This document shows, one piece after another, positions 18,819-28,281 of a stretch of DNA of 64,000 nt. The DNA comes from Minisyncoccota bacterium (GTDB lineage: Bacteria > Patescibacteriota > Minisyncoccia > UBA6257 > 2-01-FULL-56-20): the NCBI GenBank assembly GCA_022843285.1, contig JALHNY010000003.1, forward strand, positions 25,533 through 89,532, given 5' to 3'. Both the position numbers and the translations under genes were made by a program. The notes beneath the pieces were generated by a model. The model saw only the letters and a list, made by a program, of their open reading frames with translations, did not search any database and was not told the origin of the DNA. Positions within the stretch are counted from its first letter, which is position 1, and the number at the start of each line of letters is the position of its first letter.

Positions 18819-19607
18819 CTAGTAGATGGCGAGGGCCACGAGCGCCTCGTCAAAGTCCCATCCCCCGGTCTTCACCGCGACGTCACCGCGCGCAGCGGCG
18901 AGCGGGTTCGCGCTGTACGAGGCCATCGCAAAAATCTTTGCGGGAGCGTCACCGGTGGCCTCGAGGTGAGCCAGCGTCGCGAGGCGCCCGGCGGGGTCGC
19001 CCGATCCGAGCTTGCGAAACTCTCCCCAGCTCGGCGTACCCCCGCTGGGTGCTGCGGCGATGGATCGCTCCATGCGCTCCGCGCGAAACTCCGCGGGCGT
19101 CGCGGCGAGAACGTCGAGCTCGGTTGCCACGCCCCAGCTGTCTCCCGAGAACGCCGCGGCGAGCCTCTGCACCTCGGTGCGCGTGAGCTCGCAGTTCCTG
19201 TGCTGAGCTTCTCGTGCCACGAACGTGACCCACGCGTCGCCGGCGAGCTTCGGGAAGGACTCCTGCTTCACGTCGTCTTCCGTGAGGCGCGCGTACGTCT
19301 TCGCGGGCTTGTCCGTGTCGGCAACCAGAATGAGGTGGTCCCTCTCGCTCGTCGCGGTGCGGTTCACGAGCACCTTCAGCTGGCCGGGCGTGAGCTCGAG
19401 CGCGCCGCTGAGCACCACGAGCGTGCGCGGGGAGAACAGCGACGTGCTCGAGAGCACCTCGTTCACGCGGTCTGCGGCGTCAGGTTCAGACTCGGCGTCG
19501 AAGCGGCGAATGCCGGAGCCGGGGTACTTGGAGAGGAACTGCCGGATAGCCTCTGCCAGGCGCTGCGCGCGCCGATAGCTGTCCGCGCCGTGCAGAAAAA
19601 TCGTCAC
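18819..19607 (-). CDS. holA: DNA polymerase III delta subunit (divergent)
   Basis: IFLHGADSYR...STSLFSPRTLVV...GDSWGVATELD...DVAVKTG. Confidence 0.7.
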   Translation of the reverse strand: MTIFLHGADSYRRAQRLAEAIRQFLSKYPGSGIRRFDAESEPDAADRVNEVLSSTSLFSPRTLVVLSGALELTPGQLKVLVNRTATSERDHLILVADTDKPAKTYARLTEDDVKQESFPKLAGDAWVTFVAREAQHRNCELTRTEVQRLAAAFSGDSWGVATELDVLAATPAEFRAERMERSIAAAPSGGTPSWGEFRKLGSGDPAGRLATLAHLEATGDAPAKIFAMASYSANPLAAARGDVAVKTGGWDFDEALVALAIY

Positions 19608-20611
19608 AGGAGGGGGCCGCGATCTGGGTGAGCAATCTCGAGGTGGTCGTAGCCGGCGGGCAGGAGAACGCGCCCCCCGGAGGTGCGCTGCAGGAAGCCC
19701 ACGGACATGAGGAACGGCTCGTAGATGTCCTCGATGACGCCCCGGTCCTCGGAGAGGGCTGCGGAGAGCGTCGCAATGCCGACGGGGCCGCCCCCGTACT
19801 TCTCGGCAATGGTGCGCAGGAGCATGCGGTCCTGGGGCTCCAGGCCCCGGTGGTCTATGTCCAGGAGCTTCAGGGTGCTCTGCGCCGCCTCGAGGTCGAT
19901 GGCGTCCTTGTCCGCGACGTGCGCGTAGTCACGCGCGCGGCGCAGGAGGCGGTTGGCCACGCGCGGGGTCGCGCGGGCAGCACCCGCGAGGAACGCTGCC
20001 GCCTCGGGTGTCACCGATACGCCGAGCAGCTCAGCGTTGCGCTCGATGATCTGCTGGATCTCGCTCGGCGCGTAGTAGTCGAGGCGGAGGATCGCGCCGA
20101 AGCGGGTGCGGAGCGGGTGCGAGAGCAAATTCTCGCGCGTGGTGGCGCCGAGCAGCGTGAACGGGGGGAGGTCGAGCACGAGGCTGCGCGCGGACGGACC
20201 CTTGCCTACAATGATGGGCAGCTTGCGGGACTCCATCGCCGGGTACAGCACCTCCTCGATGGCGCGGTTCATCCGGTGAATCTCGTCGATGAAGAGAACG
20301 TCGTTCGGCTCGAGGTTCGTGAGGAGTGCGGCGAGGTCACCCGCGCGCTCGAGCGCGGGGCCGGACGTGAGGCGGAGCTGCGAGCCGAAGGCTTTCGCGG
20401 TGAGGAGCGCGAGCGTGGTTTTGCCGAGACCGGCGGGACCCGCGAAGAGGAGGTGGTCCATTGGCTCGCCGCGTTTCGCGGCTGCATCAATCATGACGCG
20501 CAGATTGCGCTTCACCGTAGATTGCCCGACGTACTCCTCCCAGGCACCAGGCCGGAGAGCCTGATCTACTGATGTTTCCTCAGCTGAACCGGAGGGTACT
20601 GGTTGGTCCAT
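19604..20611 (-). CDS. ruvB: Holliday junction branch migration helicase RuvB
   Basis: LRP..EEYVGQ, GPAGLGKTTLA, LFIDEIHR, GATTR, TPRVANRLLRR. Confidence 0.97.
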   Translation of the reverse strand: MDQPVPSGSAEETSVDQALRPGAWEEYVGQSTVKRNLRVMIDAAAKRGEPMDHLLFAGPAGLGKTTLALLTAKAFGSQLRLTSGPALERAGDLAALLTNLEPNDVLFIDEIHRMNRAIEEVLYPAMESRKLPIIVGKGPSARSLVLDLPPFTLLGATTRENLLSHPLRTRFGAILRLDYYAPSEIQQIIERNAELLGVSVTPEAAAFLAGAARATPRVANRLLRRARDYAHVADKDAIDLEAAQSTLKLLDIDHRGLEPQDRMLLRTIAEKYGGGPVGIATLSAALSEDRGVIEDIYEPFLMSVGFLQRTSGGRVLLPAGYDHLEIAHPDRGPLL

Positions 20612-20651
20612 ACGGGCTAAAAGTACCAATTTCAGGGCAGCTGGCACCATA

Positions 20652-20680
20652 TTGACAAATGGGTGTAACTGTATTAGTAT
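20652..20680 (+). promoter_or_regulatory. Sigma70 promoter upstream of candidate ncRNA
   Basis: TTGACA-17 nt-TAGTAT. Confidence 0.65.
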
Positions 20681-20703
20681 ACCCACGTTAGCTCATGGAG
20701 CAC

Positions 20704-20848
20704 CGTTCTTTCTGATCTGGGGGCAGGATGTTGATCTTAGTCTCAGGATGGTCCGGTTTCGGCGGGATCTCTCCTCGGATTGCATCCATTTCTCCCAACC
20801 TGCTTGGGAGTTACCACTCTTTCGCGTGTCCCCAGATCAGAGGGAATG
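20704..20848 (+). ncRNA. Candidate 6S RNA-like structured RNA
   Basis: Long closing stem TTCTTTCTGATCTGGGGGCA / TGTCCCCAGATCAGAGGGAA, inner GGATG/CATCC stem, and a CTCCCAA-cctgc-TTGGGAG hairpin in the 3' side of a central bubble. Confidence 0.55.
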
Positions 20849-20930
20849 TCATTAAGACAATGAACGTACGCTCGGTGCTACGTAGCACGAGCCCAAGAAA
20901 ATTTAAGACATAAACCTGAACTCAATTGAG

Positions 20931-20958
20931 AAGAGCCCCGCTGTGAAGCGGGGCTCTT
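20931..20958. terminator. Intrinsic terminator between ncRNA and NUDIX gene
   Basis: AAGAGCCCCGCT-gtga-AGCGGGGCTCTT. Confidence 0.75.
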
Positions 20959-20975
20959 GCACTGCCCGTGTTCGT

Positions 20976-21446
20976 TTAGCTGATCATCTTCTCCGCGCGG
21001 AGCGCGCTGACAATCTTCTGCGTGATGTCGGAGAGCGGAACCTGCCGGTACGGAGCGGGAGAGAGCCACCTGGAGTCGGTGATCTCTGCGCCGTACCTGC
21101 CGACGTTGCCGACGTACGTGCTGCCAGGATTGAGCACGTACGTTCGCACGACAATCTCGCGGTGGCTGTGCGGCGTGATGCCGGTGAACACCCTCCAGAA
21201 CGACGCATCGTCGAAGCTCCACTGGAAGCTGGGGAGCTCTTCGCGGAGCTCTCTCTCGAGGCACTGGCGGTCTGACTCTCCCGCTTCCGGCTTGCCCCCG
21301 GGGAGAATCCAAATGTCCCGCTTCTGCAGGAGCAAAAGCTCGCGGTACTGGTCGGTGACTATCAGGTTAATGCAGTCCCCGATACCCGCGTGCACCTTTT
21401 CTAAAACCCCCAGCTCCTGGGAGCTGCCCTCTACCGTATGAACCAT
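20976..21446 (-). CDS. NUDIX hydrolase
   Basis: WILPGGKPEAGESDRQCLERELREEL; GAGGTGA SD. Confidence 0.8.
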   Translation of the reverse strand: MVHTVEGSSQELGVLEKVHAGIGDCINLIVTDQYRELLLLQKRDIWILPGGKPEAGESDRQCLERELREELPSFQWSFDDASFWRVFTGITPHSHREIVVRTYVLNPGSTYVGNVGRYGAEITDSRWLSPAPYRQVPLSDITQKIVSALRAEKMIS

Positions 21447-21511
21447 ATTTCACCTCACTGTTTTCTAGTATCTGCGGCTAGAAAACAGAAAATGTGGGCT
21501 TCCGTCAACCG

Positions 21512-23173
21512 CTAGGCAATCGGGCCCGTGACCTCCTCAACCTCTCGGAGCGTGGTCACGCCGAGAATCGCCTTGAGCACGCCGTCGTGCTGCATCGGAA
21601 TCATGCCCTGCGCGGCGGCGGCCTGGCGCAGGGAGACCTCGGACGTCTCGCGCCCAATCTCAGCCTGGATGGCATCGGTGACCTGCAGGAACTCGAAGAT
21701 GCCGATGCGCCCCTTGTAGCCGAAGTTGTTGCAGATGTCGCACGCACCCGGGATGTACTCGACACCCTTCGCGAGCGCGGCCTCGTACGGGGTGCGGTCC
21801 ACGCGCGCGGGCAGCGCGTCGAGCGTCGCGCGCAGCTTCTCGAGTAGGGACGGATCCATGGGCTGCTCCTTCTTGCAGGTGCAGAGCTTCCTCACGAGGC
21901 GCTGCGCAATGACGACGTTCAGCGCCGGGGCAATCGTCGCCGGGCGCACGCCGAGGTCGATGAGGCGCGGCACCGCTCCGAGCGCGGAGTTGGTGTGGAG
22001 CGTCGAGAACACGAGGTGACCCGTGAGCGCAGCCTGCAGCGCAGTCTCGGCCGTCTCCCCGTCACGAATCTCACCGACGAGAATCACGTCGGGGTCCTGG
22101 CGGAGAATGGAGCGTAGTCCGGAGGCGAACGTGTACCCGCCCTCCGGGTCGACCTGCGTCTGGTCGATGCCCTCGAGCTTGTACTCGATCGGGTCTTCAA
22201 TGGTGATGACCTTCACCTCGGGGGTCGAGATGTGGCGCAGGAAGCTGTACAGCGTCGTCGTCTTACCGGATCCGGTCGGACCCGTGTTGAGAATGATGCC
22301 GTTCGGGCGCGCGAGCTCCTTCAGGATGAGGTCCTGGTCATCGGGGCGCAGGCCGAGCGCCGTGACGTCGACCGCGAGGGACCGCGGATCGAGAATGCGC
22401 ATGACGATGACCTCGCCCGAGTCCGCGGGAATGATGGAAACGCGCACCTCTGCCGATGCTCCATCCGCGAGCTTGATGGTGAAGCGGCCATCCTGCGCCT
22501 CGGACCGCACGTTGAGCTTCAGGCGGCTGAGCAGCTTGATGCGGTTATCGAGCCCCACGAACGCGTGGCGCGAGAGGTGGAAGACGTCGTGGAGCAGGCC
22601 GTCGACGCGCAGGCGCAGCAGCGCGCCGTCATCCTTGGCTTCAAGGTGAATGTCGGAGGCGCCGCTCGCGAGGGCACCCGAGGCCACCCAGTTGAAGAGG
22701 TCCGTCGTCTGCACGTCATTGAAGTCGGCGGTCTCGAGCTTCTCCTTGAGCTCCTGGAATGATTTCGGCTGCCCCTCTCCCCCGACCTTCACCTCGCCGG
22801 TAATCTCTTCGGTGGGCTTAGCCGTGTACTGGTAGAAGGCGTGCGCCTCGTCGATGCCGGAGCCGGACGTCACGAAGACTTTCAGGTGGTACCCGCGCTC
22901 TTCGAGCTTCTTGAGCATCTCCTGCACGGCGGGGTCGGTGGGGTGCTCCGCGGCAACCGCGACGTTGCGGTCCCGCATCTCCACGGTGGCCATTCGCAGC
23001 TTCTTCGCCTCGTCCTCGGAAACGAGCTGGAGCGCGTTGATGGACACGGGCGCGCGCCTGATGTCGACGTACGGCACGTGCATGGCCTCGGCGCGGTGGG
23101 CCGCGTCACGCTCCTCTGCCTCCCTCCGGATGGAGGAGACTTTGGCGGCAACGTCTTCGGGAAGGTCGGTCAT
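21512..23173 (-). CDS. Type IV pilus / T2SS assembly ATPase (PilB/GspE)
   Basis: ASDIHLE, QDGRF, GPTGSGKTTTLY, TIEDPIEY, LRQDPDVILVGEIRD, TGHLVFSTLHTN, Zn-binding Cys pairs. Confidence 0.93.
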   Translation of the reverse strand: MTDLPEDVAAKVSSIRREAEERDAAHRAEAMHVPYVDIRRAPVSINALQLVSEDEAKKLRMATVEMRDRNVAVAAEHPTDPAVQEMLKKLEERGYHLKVFVTSGSGIDEAHAFYQYTAKPTEEITGEVKVGGEGQPKSFQELKEKLETADFNDVQTTDLFNWVASGALASGASDIHLEAKDDGALLRLRVDGLLHDVFHLSRHAFVGLDNRIKLLSRLKLNVRSEAQDGRFTIKLADGASAEVRVSIIPADSGEVIVMRILDPRSLAVDVTALGLRPDDQDLILKELARPNGIILNTGPTGSGKTTTLYSFLRHISTPEVKVITIEDPIEYKLEGIDQTQVDPEGGYTFASGLRSILRQDPDVILVGEIRDGETAETALQAALTGHLVFSTLHTNSALGAVPRLIDLGVRPATIAPALNVVIAQRLVRKLCTCKKEQPMDPSLLEKLRATLDALPARVDRTPYEAALAKGVEYIPGACDICNNFGYKGRIGIFEFLQVTDAIQAEIGRETSEVSLRQAAAAQGMIPMQHDGVLKAILGVTTLREVEEVTGPIA

Positions 23174-23217
23174 GGTGCGTGTTGCTGGCGCAGGTCGTAC
23201 GTGGATAGTATACGGCT

Positions 23218-23748
23218 GTGGCAGGACACTCGCACTGGGCAGGCATTAAGCACAAAAAAGCGCTCACGGACGCAGCCAGGGCGAAGTCGTTCTCGAAGCT
23301 CTTGCGCGCCATCTCGGCAGCGGCTCGCACTGAGCCCAACGTGGATTTCAACCCGCGCCTGCGGACCGCGGTGTCCAAAGCGCGCGAGGCGCAGGTGCCC
23401 GCGGACACCATCCAGCGTGCCGTGGATCGCGCTGCCGCAGCAGCAGAAAATCTCGAGGAGCTGCTCTTCGAGGCGTACGGGCCGGGTGGCATCGCCCTCA
23501 TCATCGAAGTCACGACGGACAACAGGAACCGCGCCATTGCCGAAGTGAAGAGCACGCTCAGCAAGAACGAGGGCAAGTGGGCTGCGCAGGGAGCCGTGCA
23601 GTGGGCATTCCAGAAAACGGAAGCCGGAGACTGGGAGGCGCAGTTCCCGCAAGAGGTTGGGCAGGGTGACGCGAAGCTGCTCGGCAAGCTCGTGGATGCC
23701 CTCGAGCAGCTGGAAGACGTGCAGGCCGTGACCACCAACGCCTCATGA
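23218..23748 (+). CDS. YebC/PmpR family protein (short form)
   Basis: MAGHSHWAGIKHKK...NPRLR...EAYGPGG...TDNRNR. Confidence 0.92.
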   Translation: MAGHSHWAGIKHKKALTDAARAKSFSKLLRAISAAARTEPNVDFNPRLRTAVSKAREAQVPADTIQRAVDRAAAAAENLEELLFEAYGPGGIALIIEVTTDNRNRAIAEVKSTLSKNEGKWAAQGAVQWAFQKTEAGDWEAQFPQEVGQGDAKLLGKLVDALEQLEDVQAVTTNAS

Positions 23749-24218
23749 TCGTCCTCGGCGTGGACCCCGGATCGCGCAGGATCGGGTACGGCGTTATCGA
23801 GCAGGGCGCCAGGCCCAGGCTGCTGGGAGCCGGCCTCGTACCCGTGACCGCGGGAAAAGACGCGCCGGCCCTGGTCGAGCTCCGGAAGAACCTGCTCGCC
23901 ATTATTGAGCAGCACCAGCCCGATCTGGTTGCCGTGGAGAAGCTCTTCTTCACAAAAAATCGCACCACCGGCATCGCCGTGGGGCAGGCGCGCGGCGTGA
24001 TCATCGAGTGCGTCGAGCAGCGGAGCATTCCCATTGCCGAGCTCACGCCCAACGAGGTGAAGCAGGGCGTGACGGGCTCAGGAAACGCGGACAAGCGTGC
24101 AGTTGCAAAAATGGTGCAGCTCATCGTGGACTGCGGAAACCTCAAGCTCATCGATGACGCGACCGATGCAATTGCGATTGCGCTCGTTGCGGCGCAGCGC
24201 GCGCGGACGGGGAATTGA
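23745..24218 (+). CDS. ruvC: Holliday junction resolvase RuvC
   Basis: LGVDPG...GYGVI, AVEKLFF, ARGV, VKQGVTGSGNADK, DDATDAIAIA. Confidence 0.96.
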   Translation: MIVLGVDPGSRRIGYGVIEQGARPRLLGAGLVPVTAGKDAPALVELRKNLLAIIEQHQPDLVAVEKLFFTKNRTTGIAVGQARGVIIECVEQRSIPIAELTPNEVKQGVTGSGNADKRAVAKMVQLIVDCGNLKLIDDATDAIAIALVAAQRARTGN

Positions 24219-24272
24219 CAACAGCTGGGCGTGACTTAAGGTACTATCCGTTTACTAATTTTTACCTAACAC

Positions 24273-24506
24273 ATGGGACCACGTTCAACAGGATTTGATG
24301 AGCTGGAAGCCGGGTACCCGGCAATCACCGACGACGAACCCGGAGAGCCGGCATTCGCCGCGGAAGATGACGAGGACGGCGACGAAGCTCCCGCATCTGG
24401 CAAGGGCGAAGTCGAAATGGATGAGCTAGAAATGGCGGAGCAGGATTACCTCAGGGAAATTCACTCCGGAATGGTGGTCTCAGAGGAAGAGGATCTCGCG
24501 GTGTAA
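24273..24506 (+). CDS. Small highly acidic hypothetical protein
   Basis: 77 aa ORF, about one third Asp/Glu, followed by a strong terminator. Confidence 0.6.
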   Translation: MGPRSTGFDELEAGYPAITDDEPGEPAFAAEDDEDGDEAPASGKGEVEMDELEMAEQDYLREIHSGMVVSEEEDLAV

Positions 24507-24512
24507 CCCGGC

Positions 24513-24554
24513 AAAAGAGCCGCGGAGCCATAGACAGGCTCCGCGGCTCTTTTT
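24513..24554 (+). terminator. Intrinsic terminator
   Basis: AAAAGAGCCGCGGAGCC-atagaca-GGCTCCGCGGCTCTTTTT. Confidence 0.85.
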
Positions 24555-24566
24555 ACTATGAGTCTC

Positions 24567-27044
24567 ATGCACCATCCGCACGAAAAGCCCCACGAGAAGG
24601 GCTTGCTGGGAAAAATTCACATCAGCAAAGAGTTCTCTGGAAAGAGTCGCACGCACAAAATTCTGGTGGGAGTCGGCCTCCTCGCCGGCATCGGCGTCGT
24701 GCTCGGTGGCATTCTCGTGCTCGCGGTCGCGGCGACGCTCCCGTCCGACAGCGAAATTGCGAACCTCAAGATTCCGGAATCAACCAAGATCTTCGACCGC
24801 ACCGGGGAGGTGCTCCTGTACGACATGAGCGAGAACCAGCAGCGCGTGGTGGTTCCCCTCTCCGAGTTTCCGCAGCAGCTGAAGGACGCGACCATCGCGA
24901 TTGAGGATCCCCGATTCTACTCCACGCCGGGCATCGACCTGCTCGGCATCGGGCGCGCCATGATCAAGAACATCCTCGCGGGTGAAATTGTCGAGGGTGG
25001 ATCCACGATTACCCAGCAGCTCGCGAAAAAAGTTTTCCTCACCGATGACCGCACCTTCACGCGAAAGGCGAAGGAGGCGCTCCTGGCCATCAAGCTGTCC
25101 AGGTACTACACCAAAGATGAGATCCTGGAGCTGTACCTGAACCAGATTCCGTACGGCCCCACCATCAACGGCGCGGAGACGGCGGCGCAGATGTACTTCA
25201 ACAAGCCGGTCCGGGAGATCTCACTCGCGCAGGCAGCGCTGCTGGCTGCGCTCCCGCAGTCTCCGGTGCGCTACTCGCCGTGGGGCAAGAACACCGACCA
25301 GCTCTTCGCGCGCCAGAAGCGCGTGCTCAAAGCGATGCTCGACCAGGACAAAATCACGCAAGAGCAGTACGACCAGGCGGTCGCGGAAGAGATCACGTTC
25401 AAGGAGCGCTTCAACAGCATCAAGGCTCCGCACCTCTCCCTGATGGTGCAGGACTACGTGGTCGAGAAGTACGGCGAAGAGGCGGTGGGTCGCGGCGGGC
25501 TGCGCATCACGACCACGCTGGATTGGAAGATGCAGGAAGCTGCCGAGAAGGCGGTCCTCGAGGGAGCCAAGCGCAACGAGAGCCTGTACGGGGGAACCAA
25601 CGCGGCGCTCATGGCCATTGACCCCAAGACGGGACAGGTGCTCGCGCTCGCCGGCAGCCGCGACTACTTTGACGAGTCCATAGACGGCAACTACAACGTG
25701 CCCTTCCAGGCACTCAGGCAGCCCGGATCGACCCTGAAGCCGCTCGTGTACATGGCGGCGTTCATGAAGGGCTACACGCCCAGCACGCAGGTGTACGACG
25801 TGCCCACCGAGTTCGTGTCCGGAGACCCCAACTGCCCGGCAATCCCGAACTTCGCGAGCGGCGAGGGGAGCTGCTTCCACCCCCAGAACTTTGACGGCGC
25901 GTTCCCGGGTCCGGTGTCCCTCCGCTCCGCGCTCGCCCAGTCTCGCAACGTGCCCGCCGTGAAGGCCCTCTACCTCGTGGGGCTGCGGGACATGCTCGGT
26001 CTCGCGGAGCAGCTCGGGCTCACCACGCTCGGGTCAGCGGAGCGTCTCGGCCTCTCGCTCGTCCTCGGTGGCGGCGAGGTGCACCTCGCAGACCTCGTGC
26101 GCGCGTACAGTGTCTTCCCGGGAGACGGGTCCATCCATGACCGCGCCGTGATCTTGGAAATCAAAGACGAGCAGGGTGAGGTGCTCGAGAAGTTTGAGGA
26201 CAAAGTCACGAAAGTTGTGGATCCCGAGTACCCGCGGATGATCAACAGCATTCTCACGGACGTGAACGAGCGCGGCCGCCTGCTCGGATCCAGCTTGAGT
26301 TCCACCATTTTCGACGGGTACGACGTGGCCCTGAAAACCGGCACCACGAACGACTACCGGGACGCGTGGGCAATCGGGTACACGCCGTCCATCGTGGTCG
26401 GCGTCTGGGCGGGCAACAACAACAACCGCCCCATGGTCTCGCAGGGATCGAGCCTCGTTGCGGCAATCCCGATTTGGTCCCAGTTCCTCCGAGAGGCGCT
26501 CCCACTCTTCCCGCAGGGAGAGGCGCTCGCAAAGTCGAACGGGCCGACCACGGGCAAGCCAATTCTCGACGGCAACCCGATGCCGGACGGCACGGCGCAC
26601 AGCATCTTGCACTGGGTAGATCGCTCTAACCCGACCGGCCCCCCTCCGAGTAATCCCGGATCAGACCCCCAGTACAGCAACTGGGAGACGGCGGTGCAGG
26701 TCTGGGCCGGCAACATGTCAAGCTCGTCTACCTCCACCACTCCCGGATCTGCGGCAATCTCAATCTCCCTCCGTGAACCCTCCGGACCCATTTCTGGACG
26801 TGAGGTTGAGTTCTCGGGAACGGCGAACCTCACCCAGGAAGCGGGAGACGACGAGATTGATGAGGTCGTCATTCTCTGGAACGGCAGCCAGGTGCGCCGC
26901 TTCCGTGGAAACTTCGGCAGCAGCTATGATTTCTCTGGAAGCTTCCGGAATAACGATGGCGAGGGGAGCCACACGTTCGTCGTCCTGGTGCGCACCAAAA
27001 CGGGAGCGGAGAACTCCCGGAGCATCGAGGTCACAGCCGAGTAG
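24567..27044 (+). CDS. Class A penicillin-binding protein (PBP1A-like)
   Basis: GT motifs EDPRFY, GGSTITQQLAK, RKAKE; TP motifs STLK, SRN, KTGT; C-terminal Ig-like domain. Confidence 0.93.
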   Translation: MHHPHEKPHEKGLLGKIHISKEFSGKSRTHKILVGVGLLAGIGVVLGGILVLAVAATLPSDSEIANLKIPESTKIFDRTGEVLLYDMSENQQRVVVPLSEFPQQLKDATIAIEDPRFYSTPGIDLLGIGRAMIKNILAGEIVEGGSTITQQLAKKVFLTDDRTFTRKAKEALLAIKLSRYYTKDEILELYLNQIPYGPTINGAETAAQMYFNKPVREISLAQAALLAALPQSPVRYSPWGKNTDQLFARQKRVLKAMLDQDKITQEQYDQAVAEEITFKERFNSIKAPHLSLMVQDYVVEKYGEEAVGRGGLRITTTLDWKMQEAAEKAVLEGAKRNESLYGGTNAALMAIDPKTGQVLALAGSRDYFDESIDGNYNVPFQALRQPGSTLKPLVYMAAFMKGYTPSTQVYDVPTEFVSGDPNCPAIPNFASGEGSCFHPQNFDGAFPGPVSLRSALAQSRNVPAVKALYLVGLRDMLGLAEQLGLTTLGSAERLGLSLVLGGGEVHLADLVRAYSVFPGDGSIHDRAVILEIKDEQGEVLEKFEDKVTKVVDPEYPRMINSILTDVNERGRLLGSSLSSTIFDGYDVALKTGTTNDYRDAWAIGYTPSIVVGVWAGNNNNRPMVSQGSSLVAAIPIWSQFLREALPLFPQGEALAKSNGPTTGKPILDGNPMPDGTAHSILHWVDRSNPTGPPPSNPGSDPQYSNWETAVQVWAGNMSSSSTSTTPGSAAISISLREPSGPISGREVEFSGTANLTQEAGDDEIDEVVILWNGSQVRRFRGNFGSSYDFSGSFRNNDGEGSHTFVVLVRTKTGAENSRSIEVTAE

Positions 27045-27046
27045 TT

Positions 27047-28153
27047 CTAGGAAACCAGGGGGGCGAGCACGTAGCGGTACGTCCCCTCTCCAGACCCGCG
27101 CAGCAGCGCGGGTTTGTCGACGTTGATGCCCATGGTCACGCGCTCGGCGGAAATAGCGCGCAGGCCGTCACTGAGCTGGCGCCAGTTGAAGGTCACGGCT
27201 GGGAAGGAACTCGTCACGTGGGCCTCCACGGATGTCGAGTGCGATCCGACCGCGTCACTGCCCGCAGAAATCGTCAGGGAAGCGTTTTCCCCCTCGCCGC
27301 TGGGCTCAATGGTGATCTCGCTGCCCTTAGCCGCGAACACGCTCGCGAGCTTGAGCGCTGCGGCGAGAGCTTCTCTGTTCACCGTGAACTCGGCAATGAA
27401 GCTGGGCGGGATGATCTGCTCGTAATCCGGGAACTGCGCCGAGATGAGGCGGGTGGTCACCTGCCAGCGCGGAGTCTCGAACGTAGCCTGGTGCGTCTCG
27501 AAGTAGCACGCGACGTCCTCGTCATCGTGTATGACGCGGGAGAGCTCTGAGGCTACCTTGGCGGGTATGAGCGCGCGGACGGATTTTTCTGGTAGCACCG
27601 CTCCGTCCACGGATGCCTCCGCGAGGCGGAAGCTGTCTGTTGCCACAAAACGCAGCATCCCTGCCTCTGTGGTGACGAGAACGGCAGCTAGCTCGGGTGA
27701 GAAGTCCGCGGCTCCCTGAGCGGCAAATGAGACCCGTGAGAGGGCCTCCCTGAACAGGGCACCCGGAATGGAGATCTGCAGCGCATCTGCGCCGCGAGTG
27801 GGGATGCTCGGAAAGTCATCTACGGGAGCACCCGCGAGCGTGCCGTTGTAGTGGTCCGTGGTGATGCCCAAGCCTGAACCCTGGGCCTCCAGTGTGACCC
27901 TCTCATCCGTGAGGGCACCCACGAGGCTGCCGAGGAGTGCGGTGGGTACGGATACCTTCCCGTGATCTACAACCTTGGCGGCCACGGTGGCGCGTACCGC
28001 GAGCTCGAGGTTGGTGGCGGTCAGTACGAGCTGGTCCCCCTCAGTCTCGAGGAGCACGTTGCGGAGCGCCGGGAGCTGGGCTCCCGAGCCGCTCGCACGC
28101 TCCACCAATCCCAGGGCTGCCGACAGGGTGTCGCGCAAAGTCACAGCTTTCAT
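27047..28153 (-). CDS. dnaN: DNA polymerase III beta clamp
   Basis: LTATNLE, DFPSIP, VATDSFRLA, FPDYEQIIP; directly downstream of dnaA. Confidence 0.95.
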   Translation of the reverse strand: MKAVTLRDTLSAALGLVERASGSGAQLPALRNVLLETEGDQLVLTATNLELAVRATVAAKVVDHGKVSVPTALLGSLVGALTDERVTLEAQGSGLGITTDHYNGTLAGAPVDDFPSIPTRGADALQISIPGALFREALSRVSFAAQGAADFSPELAAVLVTTEAGMLRFVATDSFRLAEASVDGAVLPEKSVRALIPAKVASELSRVIHDDEDVACYFETHQATFETPRWQVTTRLISAQFPDYEQIIPPSFIAEFTVNREALAAALKLASVFAAKGSEITIEPSGEGENASLTISAGSDAVGSHSTSVEAHVTSSFPAVTFNWRQLSDGLRAISAERVTMGINVDKPALLRGSGEGTYRYVLAPLVS

Positions 28154-28281
28154 GCCGTAACTATAGTAGTAATAAATATATTGTTGTAGTTGTTAGTCCT
28201 GGGGATTCTGTGTACAAAATCCGTTGCCGATTTTAGGGGTAGGCGGGGGCTGGGAGTGCCGGTTTTTTGCCGTGTGGACTA
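28154..28281. other. Candidate oriC unwinding region (dnaA-dnaN intergenic)
   Basis: Tandem DnaA-box-like 9-mers (TTGTACACA 28209-28217, GAATCCCCA 28200-28208) next to TTG/TAG trinucleotide repeats and an AT-rich stretch; another box-like 9-mer at 28273-28281. Confidence 0.6.

Noticed and set aside
20728-20913. Small ORFs in the ruvB-NUDIX gap
   Set aside because: No SD or leaderless signal and atypical composition; the region is better explained as a structured RNA.
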